From a virus (taxonomy: Duplodnaviria; Caudoviricetes), in IMG/VR virus record IMGVR_UViG_3300048852_000108, positions 1 through 49,188 of that record: 49,188 nt of DNA; one strand, given 5' to 3'. Position numbers and translations under genes: made by a program. This document shows, piece by piece, positions 33,789 through 42,845 of the stretch; within the stretch, counting starts at the first letter, position 1, and each line of letters starts with the position of its first letter. The notes beneath the pieces are model-generated. The model was not told the DNA's origin. It was given only the letters and a program-made list of their open reading frames with translations, and made no database searches.

Positions 33789-35740
33789 GCAAAGCGCTGG
33801 GCTCCGTCCTCAACGTCATCACTGCGCCTCTGACCCTGATCGACAAGGGCCTTGGGCAAACCCTATCCGGGATAGCGATCACGGCGATCGGCGTCGCGAC
33901 CGGGCAGGCTTGGCTCGTCGGCATCGGGCTGAGCCGGCTGGGCTCGTCCATCGCGGGCAATCCGGCGTCGCGCGCCGACACGACGGAATCCTCCCGCAAG
34001 TCGCCCATCCCGTCGCGGAAGCGCGCATATGGTGAGCTGCGGCTCTACGGCGACTGGCTGCTGTTCGGGCACAAGTCGGACGGCACCCCAGTCGACGTCT
34101 GGGCCTTTCATGACGGCCGCGCGAGCCAGATCCTCCAAGTCTACCTTAACGACGACAAGGTCACGATCAGCGGCGGCATCGTCCAGGCGCTGCCCGACAA
34201 GCGCTACCGCGATCAGCGCGTGCTCGCCGGCTACAATCTCGGCGCCACACCGAACACGGCGCACGCGGCCGTCGTCGCCGCCCTCCCCGGCGTCTGGACT
34301 GCGAACCACCGCGGCGACGGCATCGTCACCGGCTACCTGATCAAGAAGATGATCAAGTCGGAGCTGTTCCTCGAATGCTACCCGAACGGTGACGATATCC
34401 AGATGTCGCTGGCGGGTCGCTGGACGCCCGTCTTCGACTTCCGCGACCCGGCCCAGAGCCCGACCAATCCGGCGACATGGGCCTATCGCAACAACGCCGT
34501 CCTAGCTCTTCTTCACTACTTCATGACGCAACGGGGGGTGGACTTTACCACCCAGATTGCGCCGCAGCTCGACAAGTGGACAGCGGCTGCGAACGACTGC
34601 GACATTGCCGTTCCACTCGCGAGCGGTGGCGCGGAGGCCCGATATCGGATCGCCCTTGCCTATGCGGCGACGGAGCAGCCGTCCGCGGTGATCGCGGCTA
34701 TCCTAAACTGCTTCGATGGCTGGTACTGCGAGAACGAGCGCGGCGAAATCATCGTCTATTCGGGCCGCTACGATCCACCGACGGTCAGCATAGGACCCGG
34801 CCAAATCGAGTCCTACTCGCTCCAGCGGCATGTCGTTGCCGAGGACGCGTTGAACGAGGTGACCGTCACCTACGTCTCATCGGCCCATGATTACGCAACC
34901 GTGGATGCGCAGCCTTGGCGGGACGAGGACGCGATCGCTGCAAGCGGCCGGGAGCCGGTCACCGCATCCCTTGACGCGCAGGTCCCCTCGCATACCCAGG
35001 CTCGCCGCCTGGCGAAGCGCAAGATGGCGCGGGCCAACGCTCCCTCGCGTGGCACTATCATCACAACCTATGGCGGCCGGATCGCGCTGGGCGAGCGCTA
35101 CATTCATCTGCGGATCGAAGAAGCGGGAGCGGTGTTCTTCGACGGTGTCGCCGAGATCGTCGGGCCACCCGAGAGAGACATGCAGACCGGTGGCGTCCGG
35201 TTCGAATGGGTCGCCGCAGATCCGAACATCGACGCGTGGAATCCGGCGACCGAGGATGGGCTCGGCGCGCCCGTCGGCGCCTTGCCGAACATCGTGCCTC
35301 TCGCTGCTCCCATTATCGTCTCGATCACACCGACCTATGGGCAAAACACCGCCTATGGCGTGCCCGGCGTGAAGCTGACGATTGTCGCCTCTGGGCCGGA
35401 CCGGGACGACCTGATCTGGTTTGTCCGCACTCGCACCGAGGCCGGCGTGTCGTGGCTCGAGCAACGCTATCCCGACGTTGACCCCGGAGAGTCTGTGACG
35501 CTCCAAACCGACTTCCTCCCCCTCGGCAATATCGAGGCGCAGGTAGCCTATGGCACCGGCGACGGACGCATCAGTCCGTGGAGCGAGCTCGGCGCACCTG
35601 TCGACACCGGCAATGTGTTGCCCGCTCCAGTGACCGGTCTCAGCGTCAGCACGAACTCTACGGGCACGCTCATCGTCGCCGATTGGGACGATAGCGCACA
35701 GGGCCAGCGGTACCTCGTCGAAATCATCGTGGAGCCCTGA
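33785..35740 (+). CDS. Tail tip / central fibre protein
   Basis: R.RAYG..RL.G, WTANHRGDG and QVPSH.QARRLAK motifs; ends in half an FN3 domain. Confidence 0.8.
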   Translation: MSKALGSVLNVITAPLTLIDKGLGQTLSGIAITAIGVATGQAWLVGIGLSRLGSSIAGNPASRADTTESSRKSPIPSRKRAYGELRLYGDWLLFGHKSDGTPVDVWAFHDGRASQILQVYLNDDKVTISGGIVQALPDKRYRDQRVLAGYNLGATPNTAHAAVVAALPGVWTANHRGDGIVTGYLIKKMIKSELFLECYPNGDDIQMSLAGRWTPVFDFRDPAQSPTNPATWAYRNNAVLALLHYFMTQRGVDFTTQIAPQLDKWTAAANDCDIAVPLASGGAEARYRIALAYAATEQPSAVIAAILNCFDGWYCENERGEIIVYSGRYDPPTVSIGPGQIESYSLQRHVVAEDALNEVTVTYVSSAHDYATVDAQPWRDEDAIAASGREPVTASLDAQVPSHTQARRLAKRKMARANAPSRGTIITTYGGRIALGERYIHLRIEEAGAVFFDGVAEIVGPPERDMQTGGVRFEWVAADPNIDAWNPATEDGLGAPVGALPNIVPLAAPIIVSITPTYGQNTAYGVPGVKLTIVASGPDRDDLIWFVRTRTEAGVSWLEQRYPDVDPGESVTLQTDFLPLGNIEAQVAYGTGDGRISPWSELGAPVDTGNVLPAPVTGLSVSTNSTGTLIVADWDDSAQGQRYLVEIIVEP

Positions 35741-35741
35741 C

Positions 35742-35990
35742 GTGGCCAAAGACATGGATCCGCCAAACGACAACGTCGGTGAGGGCACGCCGGGGACGCC
35801 TGGCTACATTCCACCAACTGGTTCGAACACAAGGCTCGCCGTCGTGGTGACGGGCTCGGCGATCACATTCGCCGAGGAAGACATCGTCGGGGCTGGCGGC
35901 CCCTGGCCGGCGTACACCCTCAAGGTGACGCCGGTGAACGACGCCGGGTCGGGAACTCCGGCGGAGGTCACCTATCCGCCTCCGCTCTGA
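35742..35990 (+). CDS. Second half of an FN3 domain (separate gene or +1 frameshift extension)
   Basis: YTLKVTPVNDAGSG FN3 F-G strand motif. Confidence 0.65.
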   Translation: MAKDMDPPNDNVGEGTPGTPGYIPPTGSNTRLAVVVTGSAITFAEEDIVGAGGPWPAYTLKVTPVNDAGSGTPAEVTYPPPL

Positions 35991-36026
35991 CGGCGGTAAT
36001 CCCGGAGCGGTGGCGCCACTAGGCTC
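35987..36026 (+). promoter_or_regulatory. Late promoter motif copy 6
   Basis: CTGACGGCGGTAAT overlapping a stop codon; TAGGCT at +33; ATG at +46. Confidence 0.75.
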
Positions 36027-36032
36027 CGCCGC

Positions 36033-36722
36033 ATGTTCATCTTCCCGGCGCATCGCTTCAACCCCGACCCGGTGAAGGCCGACGTTGTGCCACGCGTGGT
36101 CAGCGGCGGTACCGCGATCGGCGGTGAGGAAGACGTGATCCAGACCGACGGCGGCGGCCGTTGGGAGATCAGCTATGGCGAAATGGACGTCGACGGCGCC
36201 GACCTCCAGCGGCTTTGGGATGCCTGGACCGGTCATCTCTCCGGCGGAGTGCAGCCGGTGCTGGTGCCGCTGCTCTCGCTCGACACGGCGCCCCGCCCGG
36301 TCGCGGGAAATGGGCTCGCCTGCCCATCTGACCTCTATGCCGACGACGACTATTTCCCGACCGAAGTTCGCTTCGCCTCGCCGTACATCATCGCCGCAGT
36401 GGCCGCGCCGGCTGCTCTGCGCGCCACCACGCTCCAGCTCGTGGTCTCTCAAGGTGCTGCCGTTCAACCCGGGATGAAATTCTCCGTCGGGTCCCGGGGC
36501 TTCAAAATCGAACAGGTGCTGTCCCGCAACGGACTTGCCGCCACCGTCAAGGTCTCACCCCCTGCCCGCGAACCGATCGCCGCCGGCGCATCGGCCGACT
36601 TCGATTGGCCGGTGGTCGTTTGCCGCGCCGCCATTGGCCAGGACCTGGCCGCTGCGATGAGCCTCGGAATGTACGGCTCGACCTCGATCACCTTTGTCGA
36701 GGACACGCATTATGGCGGCTGA
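36033..36722 (+). CDS. Distal tail (Dit)-like protein
   Basis: SGG.A..G...VI.TDGGG.W, L.GG..P.LVP and V.PP.R motifs, FVE near the end. Confidence 0.65.
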   Translation: MFIFPAHRFNPDPVKADVVPRVVSGGTAIGGEEDVIQTDGGGRWEISYGEMDVDGADLQRLWDAWTGHLSGGVQPVLVPLLSLDTAPRPVAGNGLACPSDLYADDDYFPTEVRFASPYIIAAVAAPAALRATTLQLVVSQGAAVQPGMKFSVGSRGFKIEQVLSRNGLAATVKVSPPAREPIAAGASADFDWPVVVCRAAIGQDLAAAMSLGMYGSTSITFVEDTHYGG

Positions 36723-37062
36723 TCTCAACATCGAGGTTCCGCGCAACGGCGACTATTTCGGTGGTTGGCAATTGCACGACAGGAACACAGGCGACCCGCT
36801 CGACATCACCGGGTGGACGCTTGCACTGCGAGTGCGCCCCATCGCCGGAGCGGGATCGGTCATTGCCTCGGCAGAGTTCCTGAACCGCGAGGACGCGGCC
36901 GGCTACTTCGATGTGCTTCTGCGTGGGACCGCCTTTTCGTCCGTGGCCGGCGCTACCGAAATCGTCCGGCTCGCATACGACTTCCGCGCAATCGACGCCG
37001 ACGGGATCCGCGTCATCCAAACGCGCGGCCACATCATCCTTATGCCCGGAGTGACCCAATGA
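36712..37062 (+). CDS. Fibre adaptor (BppU-like) protein
   Basis: PLDITG.T..L.VR and YD...G.I...PGVT pattern. Confidence 0.65.
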   Translation: MAADLNIEVPRNGDYFGGWQLHDRNTGDPLDITGWTLALRVRPIAGAGSVIASAEFLNREDAAGYFDVLLRGTAFSSVAGATEIVRLAYDFRAIDADGIRVIQTRGHIILMPGVTQ

Positions 37063-39131
37063 CGCGAGCAGTTGCCAGCGGCGGCGTGCGGATCGACGTG
37101 ACCGGGGCGCGCGGCGAGAGCTTCGCCGCCGTCGCGCGACGCACCGGTGCCTTTGGCGTTCTCCCCACCGACAGCGATGCCGCCGTCCTAGACAAGTTTG
37201 CTGACTGGGCAATTCAGGACAATCCGGGCTTCAAAGGCGACAAGGGCGACCCTGGCGGCAACGTCATGGCGGCGGGGTTGTTCGAGGACCTGTCTGGGCT
37301 CTTGATCCCGGGAGGCACGGACCTCGTCCAAACCAGCGGATGGGCGGCCGCAGGCGTTGGCGCAGCTCGCTACGCTTTCGATGCGGCTGTCGACGCCGCT
37401 TACGTCGCGGATCACCCGAACACCGCGGTGATCACCGCGAACGGCCGGGGATTTCGGCTGGCTGAAACGACGGTTGACGTGCGGCAGGTTGGGGTCGTCG
37501 GCGATGGCGTTACCGATGACACTGCCACCCTGCAGGCGGCACTCGCTCTCGGCCAAGAGATTTACATTCCGCGCGGCGTAACCATGCGCATCACGGACGA
37601 GCTAGTTATCACGCAGGACGGTGCACGTCTCCACGGTGCTGGTACGATCAGAATTGCGGGCGACATGGCCCATAAGTCCGCACTGAAAATCGAGGCTGAC
37701 GATTGCATTATCGAGGGCGTGCATTTCATCAATCCAGATGAAATCGCCTCCCAAACCGGCGGGGCCCAGTTCGGTGTACGAATTGATGGCCATCGCAACA
37801 CTGTGACGCTTTGCACGTTCCGGAAGATGCAGACGTCCATAACGGTGTCTGCATACGGAGAGTACTACGACAACAAGATCACGTTCAACAATCTGCTTGA
37901 ATGCATCGGAGCCGGCGACGGCCCCGACAACCCCGTGTCCGTGTTCGGCGAGGATCGAGGAGACGGAATCGCCGATTGGAGTGGCAGGGCCACCGTGATC
38001 GGCAATTACATTCAAGCTGGCGCTGGGCAGGACTGCCGAGCCGGCATCGTTGCCGAGGCACTGAATACTTTTGCGCCTGACACTTCGGGTGCGGACAACG
38101 CGAGCGGCACAATTGTCGTGAACAATCATGTCGTACCTTCCGAGGATGGCACAGGCCGATTTAGGCGCTGTATCCACATCGAGGGCATGGCCCGCGTCAT
38201 AGTGGAAGCGAACATTGTTCGAGGCTTCACCTGGTGGGGAATCGTCCTGCAGGCGAATTCTGACTATGCTACGGTGCGCGGCAACATTGTCCTGAGCGAC
38301 GTCGATCCGGACGACCAGTCGGGCGCTGCGTGGGCGCCTATTCGCGCCGGTATCATGGTGACGGTGACAAGCGGAGAACACCGCGGATCTATCATCGAAG
38401 GTAACGTCGTCGTTGCGCGCACCGCGAGCTGCAACGGCATTGTGATTGACGGTGGTAATCCCCCAGGAACGGTGCGCCACGTGTCGATCTTGAGCAACAA
38501 GCTGTATGCCGAGGTGGACACAGGTCCTTACGCTGCGATCGTGTTCAAAGATGCCTTGGGTGATATCAGCATCTCGGAGAACCGCGGAATAGGACCGTGG
38601 TACCGCGGCGTTGATCTTGCGAGAATTGGAAGTGCGACCGTCGCCTCGAACGAGATCGACGGTGCTCGCAATGTTGCGATCGCCTCGACGCTTAGCGCTA
38701 CGACCGTCAGCATTCGCTACAACGCCATTCGCAACAGCGCGGAGGGCATGCTCTTGGTCAACGTCATGGACGGCGACGTGACCGGGAACACATTTGAGAA
38801 TGTGGCAACCTCAGCCGGTTACGAGATCTTTATCGACGGGACCGGCTCCGGCCCCATTATCGTGGCAAACAATCTCGACCGAGATGGAAACGGCCAAATT
38901 GGCAAGTCTGGCACCAACAAGTTCAGAATCAAGGACAACACTGGCTTCATTACCGACGAACGGCTTGCCACGACCGAAATCACCAGTGCCACGAGCTTCA
39001 CCAACACGTTTGGCAAGCGACCGGGACAGTTGATTGTCGATTCGAACAATGTTGTCTATGTCGCGACCGGCTCGGGGCCAACGTCGGCCTGGCGTAAGCT
39101 AGAGGACGGCGCGGTGGTCACGCCCGCCTGA
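37059..39131 (+). CDS. Tailspike with right-handed beta-helix (pectate lyase-like depolymerase)
   Basis: GV.GDGVTDDTA.LQAAL followed by repeated I..N beta-helix rungs. Confidence 0.88.
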   Translation: MTRAVASGGVRIDVTGARGESFAAVARRTGAFGVLPTDSDAAVLDKFADWAIQDNPGFKGDKGDPGGNVMAAGLFEDLSGLLIPGGTDLVQTSGWAAAGVGAARYAFDAAVDAAYVADHPNTAVITANGRGFRLAETTVDVRQVGVVGDGVTDDTATLQAALALGQEIYIPRGVTMRITDELVITQDGARLHGAGTIRIAGDMAHKSALKIEADDCIIEGVHFINPDEIASQTGGAQFGVRIDGHRNTVTLCTFRKMQTSITVSAYGEYYDNKITFNNLLECIGAGDGPDNPVSVFGEDRGDGIADWSGRATVIGNYIQAGAGQDCRAGIVAEALNTFAPDTSGADNASGTIVVNNHVVPSEDGTGRFRRCIHIEGMARVIVEANIVRGFTWWGIVLQANSDYATVRGNIVLSDVDPDDQSGAAWAPIRAGIMVTVTSGEHRGSIIEGNVVVARTASCNGIVIDGGNPPGTVRHVSILSNKLYAEVDTGPYAAIVFKDALGDISISENRGIGPWYRGVDLARIGSATVASNEIDGARNVAIASTLSATTVSIRYNAIRNSAEGMLLVNVMDGDVTGNTFENVATSAGYEIFIDGTGSGPIIVANNLDRDGNGQIGKSGTNKFRIKDNTGFITDERLATTEITSATSFTNTFGKRPGQLIVDSNNVVYVATGSGPTSAWRKLEDGAVVTPA

Positions 39132-39910
39132 CCATTGCGGCAAGCCTGCTGCGAAGACGTCGCCCTTCGAAGCATTGTCAGGAGGGGCCGCTCCACAAGC
39201 AGGTGGTAGGCTATCCCGCACACCACGCCGCCAATGATCAGTGGCCCAAATCCCACCCCGCAGCGCCACAGCCCTCCCATCACGGGAAGGTGCACCAAGT
39301 AGATTGAATAGGACGCCTCGCCGAGAAACACGAGCGGACGGCTGATCGCCACATCCGGCGCCAAGTTCAAGCGAGCCAATAGCATTCCGAATGGGAAACA
39401 GAGATTGACCGGGTCGAGAATGGCCGCTTCCCACGTACCCAGCAGTGCGGGATACGCGGCCCGTATGAGAATTGCTCCTGCCCAAATTGCAGCTCCCCAA
39501 AGAGGGGCCCGGGTTACGAAGAACACCCCTGCAAGAGCGTAGAAAACTACCTCCTGCTGGAGTGTCCACGCGGGGATTAGGGCCGTTTCGCCCGGGAGCA
39601 ACGTGAGGCTAGCCAGCCAATCAACATCTCTGCCCAACCAGATATAACATAGAGCGGCGAATATGCCGACTGGCAGATATGGTGGATAGACGCGGTTGAA
39701 CCGACCAATTGCAAAACGCCGAAAGTCGAATGACCTGCCCGCGTGCGCGTGGTAAATGACGTACCCGGAGAGAATGAAGAAGAAATGAACGCTGAAGCGC
39801 CCAATATCAATCCAATTTGCGGCGGGCGCGTAATAGTTCGCGTGAACTGCCACGATGGCAACGCAAGCTATCCCTCTTCCAGCGTGAAGGATGTCGATCT
39901 GTTTGCCCAC
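39056..39910 (-). CDS. Acyltransferase-3 (OafA-like) membrane O-acyltransferase
   Basis: RGIA...VV..H, FFFILSGYVI, R..R.YP, WTL..E..FY, LG.ASYSIYLVH and VERP motifs. Confidence 0.9.
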   Translation of the reverse strand: MGKQIDILHAGRGIACVAIVAVHANYYAPAANWIDIGRFSVHFFFILSGYVIYHAHAGRSFDFRRFAIGRFNRVYPPYLPVGIFAALCYIWLGRDVDWLASLTLLPGETALIPAWTLQQEVVFYALAGVFFVTRAPLWGAAIWAGAILIRAAYPALLGTWEAAILDPVNLCFPFGMLLARLNLAPDVAISRPLVFLGEASYSIYLVHLPVMGGLWRCGVGFGPLIIGGVVCGIAYHLLVERPLLTMLRRATSSQQACRNGQAGVTTAPSSSLRQADVGPEPVAT

Positions 39911-39911
39911 G

Positions 39912-40865
39912 TCAGGCTCTCGCTACCGCCAGAGCCGAGCGGGAGGCGAAGCTTGCCGGTAATGGAAAGGCGCGCGATTGATGCATAGCGCGCTCAATCC
40001 TGGCGATCACGCGCTCGTCGCGGCAAAGTACGATGTCAGCGAGCTGGCGATCAGCTGAGAAGGGCCGCACACCGTAGGTCGGTCCTTCGCGATAGAAGCG
40101 GGTGTCGTAGCGGTTCTCAATTTCGCGCACTGCGAAACCGGGAAAGGCGGAAAGCAGCTCTCGAGGGTCGTCGTGCGGCGTCGTCTCGATAAAGATCGCG
40201 CAGCTCGCTTTGAGACTGCCCGCATGCCGTCGAAGGCTTCGAATGACGCTCGCCTCGGCTCCCTCTACGTCGATCTTGATTGCGTCCACTGTGGAGAGAT
40301 CGACCATGCCGGCAATTTCGTCAAAGCTGACTGTCTCGACCATTTCGGACCCGCAGGCGCCCGACTTTTCAATAAAGGAGGCTTGGGCCAGTTCATTGTC
40401 CGCCATGGTGTAGAGGCGGGCGGAGCCGGCTTCATCGGAGACGGCGCAGCGGTGTACGGTGATGTTGAGCCGCGGATTGAGCGCGACGTTGGCCTCCAGC
40501 TCAGCGATGGTCCGCGCGCAGGGCTCAAATGTGTGGACCTTTCCGGCAGGTCCGACAGCGGCAGCTGCTACCAGAGCGGTGTACCCGACATTGCCGCCGA
40601 TATCGACAAAGATGCCGTCTCTTGGGAGGGCAGCGGTGATCGCGGCACTGATCCCAGGCTCCCAAATGCCGAAGTAATGGACGCACCATTTAAGTGCATC
40701 GAGGCGATCAACGTGCATCCGAAAGCCGAAGCGGCTCTCGTGAATATAGTTGCCGCGCAGCAGGCCATATTCAGTGAGCCTGCGCAGGGCGCGGGGATAA
40801 AGGTCCCTCAGAAAATCGCCGGGCAAGTTGTTGGCAAGCCAGCGGTCGAACGCGGCGAGTGTCAT
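39912..40865 (-). CDS. FkbM-family methyltransferase
   Basis: FVDIGGNVG, V..FEP and IKIDVEGAE motifs. Confidence 0.9.
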   Translation of the reverse strand: MTLAAFDRWLANNLPGDFLRDLYPRALRRLTEYGLLRGNYIHESRFGFRMHVDRLDALKWCVHYFGIWEPGISAAITAALPRDGIFVDIGGNVGYTALVAAAAVGPAGKVHTFEPCARTIAELEANVALNPRLNITVHRCAVSDEAGSARLYTMADNELAQASFIEKSGACGSEMVETVSFDEIAGMVDLSTVDAIKIDVEGAEASVIRSLRRHAGSLKASCAIFIETTPHDDPRELLSAFPGFAVREIENRYDTRFYREGPTYGVRPFSADRQLADIVLCRDERVIARIERAMHQSRAFPLPASFASRSALAVARA

Positions 40866-40929
40866 ACGGATTTACTGCGCCCCTCCGGACTCCGGCGCAA
40901 GCGGAAAGAAGCGTCGAAAGCCAGCACGG

Positions 40930-40969
40930 CTGACGGCGGTAATCCGACACACTCCGCCACGGCATGTTC
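40930..40969 (+). promoter_or_regulatory. Late promoter motif copy 7 (lysis)
   Basis: CTGACGGCGGTAAT; CATGTT at +33; ATG at +45. Confidence 0.72.
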
Positions 40970-41020
40970 CGACCATGCTCGAGCGCCCCTACCCGCCCGT
41001 CCTGACAGCGATCCTCGCCA

Positions 41021-41512
41021 ATGGGCGTGGTTGAAAACGCGCTCCTCGTCCTGGGCGGCGGCGGCGCGACCGTCGTGGCGCAATGGGGCCTCGCCTGGCT
41101 CAAGGGCAGAAGCGAAATCCACAGGGCGAACCGGGACACCGACGCCAAGTTGGAGGAACATCGGGACAGTCTGACGTTCGACCTCCTGTCCGCCGCGCGA
41201 GAGGAGATCGCGCAGTGGCGGGCGCAGGCCGCGCAGCTCGGGCCGATGATGGTTCATGCCGCGCATCTGGAGGAGGCGCTCGATCACCTCCACGCGCTGC
41301 TCCACTCGGAATCCGATCTTGAGCGTCAGGCGGCAGAGAAGCGTGCTGCGGCCTTCTTGCGCCGCATGCGGCCTCAGATCGGCGACCTCCGGCAGGCTGA
41401 GCAGCGGAAGCAAAGCTTCGAGACGCTGAGCGGAAGCACCGAGCACAACGGCACGGACGTCGAGGGTCGATTGGCCCGACGCGTGCCCCCATCGAAGGGA
41501 AAAGGACGGTGA
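41021..41512 (+). CDS. N-terminal TM plus coiled-coil protein (lysis-associated)
   Basis: Hydrophobic N-terminus; coupled to the endolysin gene. Confidence 0.65.
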   Translation: MGVVENALLVLGGGGATVVAQWGLAWLKGRSEIHRANRDTDAKLEEHRDSLTFDLLSAAREEIAQWRAQAAQLGPMMVHAAHLEEALDHLHALLHSESDLERQAAEKRAAAFLRRMRPQIGDLRQAEQRKQSFETLSGSTEHNGTDVEGRLARRVPPSKGKGR

Positions 41513-42054
41513 CCAAGTCGATCGACACGCTCATCGAGGACGTGCTCCGCAACGAGGGGGGCTATGTGAACGATTCCCGCGATGCGGGAGGTGAGACGAA
41601 TTTCGGCATCACGATCGCGACCGCTCGGGCGAATGGATTTACCGGCGCGATGCGCGACCTGCCGCGCGAGCTCGCGGTCGAGATCTACCGGCGCAAGTAT
41701 GTGGTCGCTCCCGGTTTCGACAAGATCGCGGCCATCTCCGCAGCGATCGGGGCCGAGCTCGTCGACACCGGCGTCAATATGGGCCCGAAGGTCGCGGCGG
41801 GGTTCCTGCAGCGCGCGCTCAGCGCGCTGAACAATCAGGCGCGAGACTTCGTCGACCTCGCGGTTGACGGCGTTGCCGGCGCCAACACGCGCCTCGCACT
41901 GAACACCTACCTCAATCGCCGCGGCGCGGAGGGCGAGCGGGTGCTGCTTGCGGCCCTCAATGGCCTTCAAGCCGAGCGGTACATCTCGCTCGCGGAAGCG
42001 CGGCAGGCCAACGAGGCATTCGTCTATGGCTGGTTGCGGACGAGGGTCGCATGA
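41509..42054 (+). CDS. Endolysin, glycoside hydrolase family 108 with peptidoglycan-binding domain
   Basis: EGGYVND.RD.GGETNFGIT, D.GVN.G, LQRAL and F..GW..R motifs. Confidence 0.93.
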   Translation: MTKSIDTLIEDVLRNEGGYVNDSRDAGGETNFGITIATARANGFTGAMRDLPRELAVEIYRRKYVVAPGFDKIAAISAAIGAELVDTGVNMGPKVAAGFLQRALSALNNQARDFVDLAVDGVAGANTRLALNTYLNRRGAEGERVLLAALNGLQAERYISLAEARQANEAFVYGWLRTRVA

Positions 42055-42317
42055 TGAGCCAGTGGAACGATCCGCGCCTGCTCGTCACCCTGCTGCTGAT
42101 CGGGCTGTTCTCCTACGCCTATATCCGCAACCCGTCCGACGACATGATGACTGGCGCGATCATCACCGCCTTTGCTGCCGCCTATGGCTATTGGCTTGGC
42201 GCGAACAAGGGCAACGACAAGGCGAGCGACAACACGGCGTCTGCTTTCCGCGCGATCGAGGCGGCTGCGAAGGCACAGCCGGCACAGGATCAATCCTCCG
42301 GGGAGCCGCAGCCATGA
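42054..42317 (+). CDS. Putative holin (2 TM)
   Basis: Two hydrophobic helices, GYWLG...G..K; directly after the endolysin. Confidence 0.7.
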   Translation: MSQWNDPRLLVTLLLIGLFSYAYIRNPSDDMMTGAIITAFAAAYGYWLGANKGNDKASDNTASAFRAIEAAAKAQPAQDQSSGEPQP

Positions 42318-42634
42318 CGCCGATGAGCCGCACCACGAAGCTGATCCTCGTGCTCGGCCTCGCCTTGGTGGTGCTCGCCGCCCTTGGGCTGCGCAGTTGC
42401 GAAGAGGCGCGCGAGGTCCGGCGCGATGCCGATCTCGTGGGCGACGCTCGCAAGGCCGATGCAAAGGCCCACGATGCACGCACCACGACAACCGAGATTA
42501 TCGGCAACGACCGACAGGAGATCGAAAATGCGCTCGAGCGTCTCCCTGATGCGCCGCTTACTGATCGCCAGCATGCTCGCGCTTGCGCTACCTGGCTGCG
42601 GCAACACGGCTCTGCTCACCCCACCTGTAGCTGA
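42314..42634 (+). CDS. Inner-membrane spanin (Rz-like)
   Basis: N-terminal TM, helical periplasmic domain, C-terminal Cys residues. Confidence 0.7.
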   Translation: MTPMSRTTKLILVLGLALVVLAALGLRSCEEAREVRRDADLVGDARKADAKAHDARTTTTEIIGNDRQEIENALERLPDAPLTDRQHARACATWLRQHGSAHPTCS

Positions 42635-42809
42635 TCTGACGCCTGCTCCCGAGCCGCAGCTATCCGCCGAGGCGCTGAGCTCGGCCGCGGCGCTGGACCG
42701 GTACGACGCGGACCATGAGGCATGGGGCCGGGGTGAGAGCGGCAAGGTTGCGCGGCTATGCCAGTGGTTCGTTGACATGGGCGCAAAGGTCGACTGCGCT
42801 CCACGCTGA
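42528..42809 (+). CDS. Outer-membrane spanin lipoprotein (Rz1-like)
   Basis: AGGAG RBS inside Rz, lipobox LPGC, Pro-rich segment. Confidence 0.75.
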   Translation: MRSSVSLMRRLLIASMLALALPGCGNTALLTPPVADLTPAPEPQLSAEALSSAAALDRYDADHEAWGRGESGKVARLCQWFVDMGAKVDCAPR

Positions 42810-42825
42810 CTCGACTCTCGCGGAT

Positions 42826-42840
42826 GTTCTCATCATGTTC
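42826..42840 (+). promoter_or_regulatory. Alphaproteobacterial LexA box
   Basis: GTTC-TCATCAT-GTTC, 5 nt before ATG 42846. Confidence 0.78.
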
Positions 42841-42845
42841 CGCGC

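Noticed and set aside
25445-39131. Diversity-generating retroelement or invertible tail-fibre switch
   Set aside because: No reverse transcriptase, invertase or template/variable repeat pair seen
17187-40943. CTGACGGCGGTAA repeats as a CRISPR array, REP elements or recombination sites
   Set aside because: They are kilobases apart, non-palindromic, all on one strand and at a fixed distance from start codons, which fits promoters
42051-42056. Holin dual-start motif
   Set aside because: ATG-ATG has no intervening Lys/Arg and is explained by overlap with the endolysin stop
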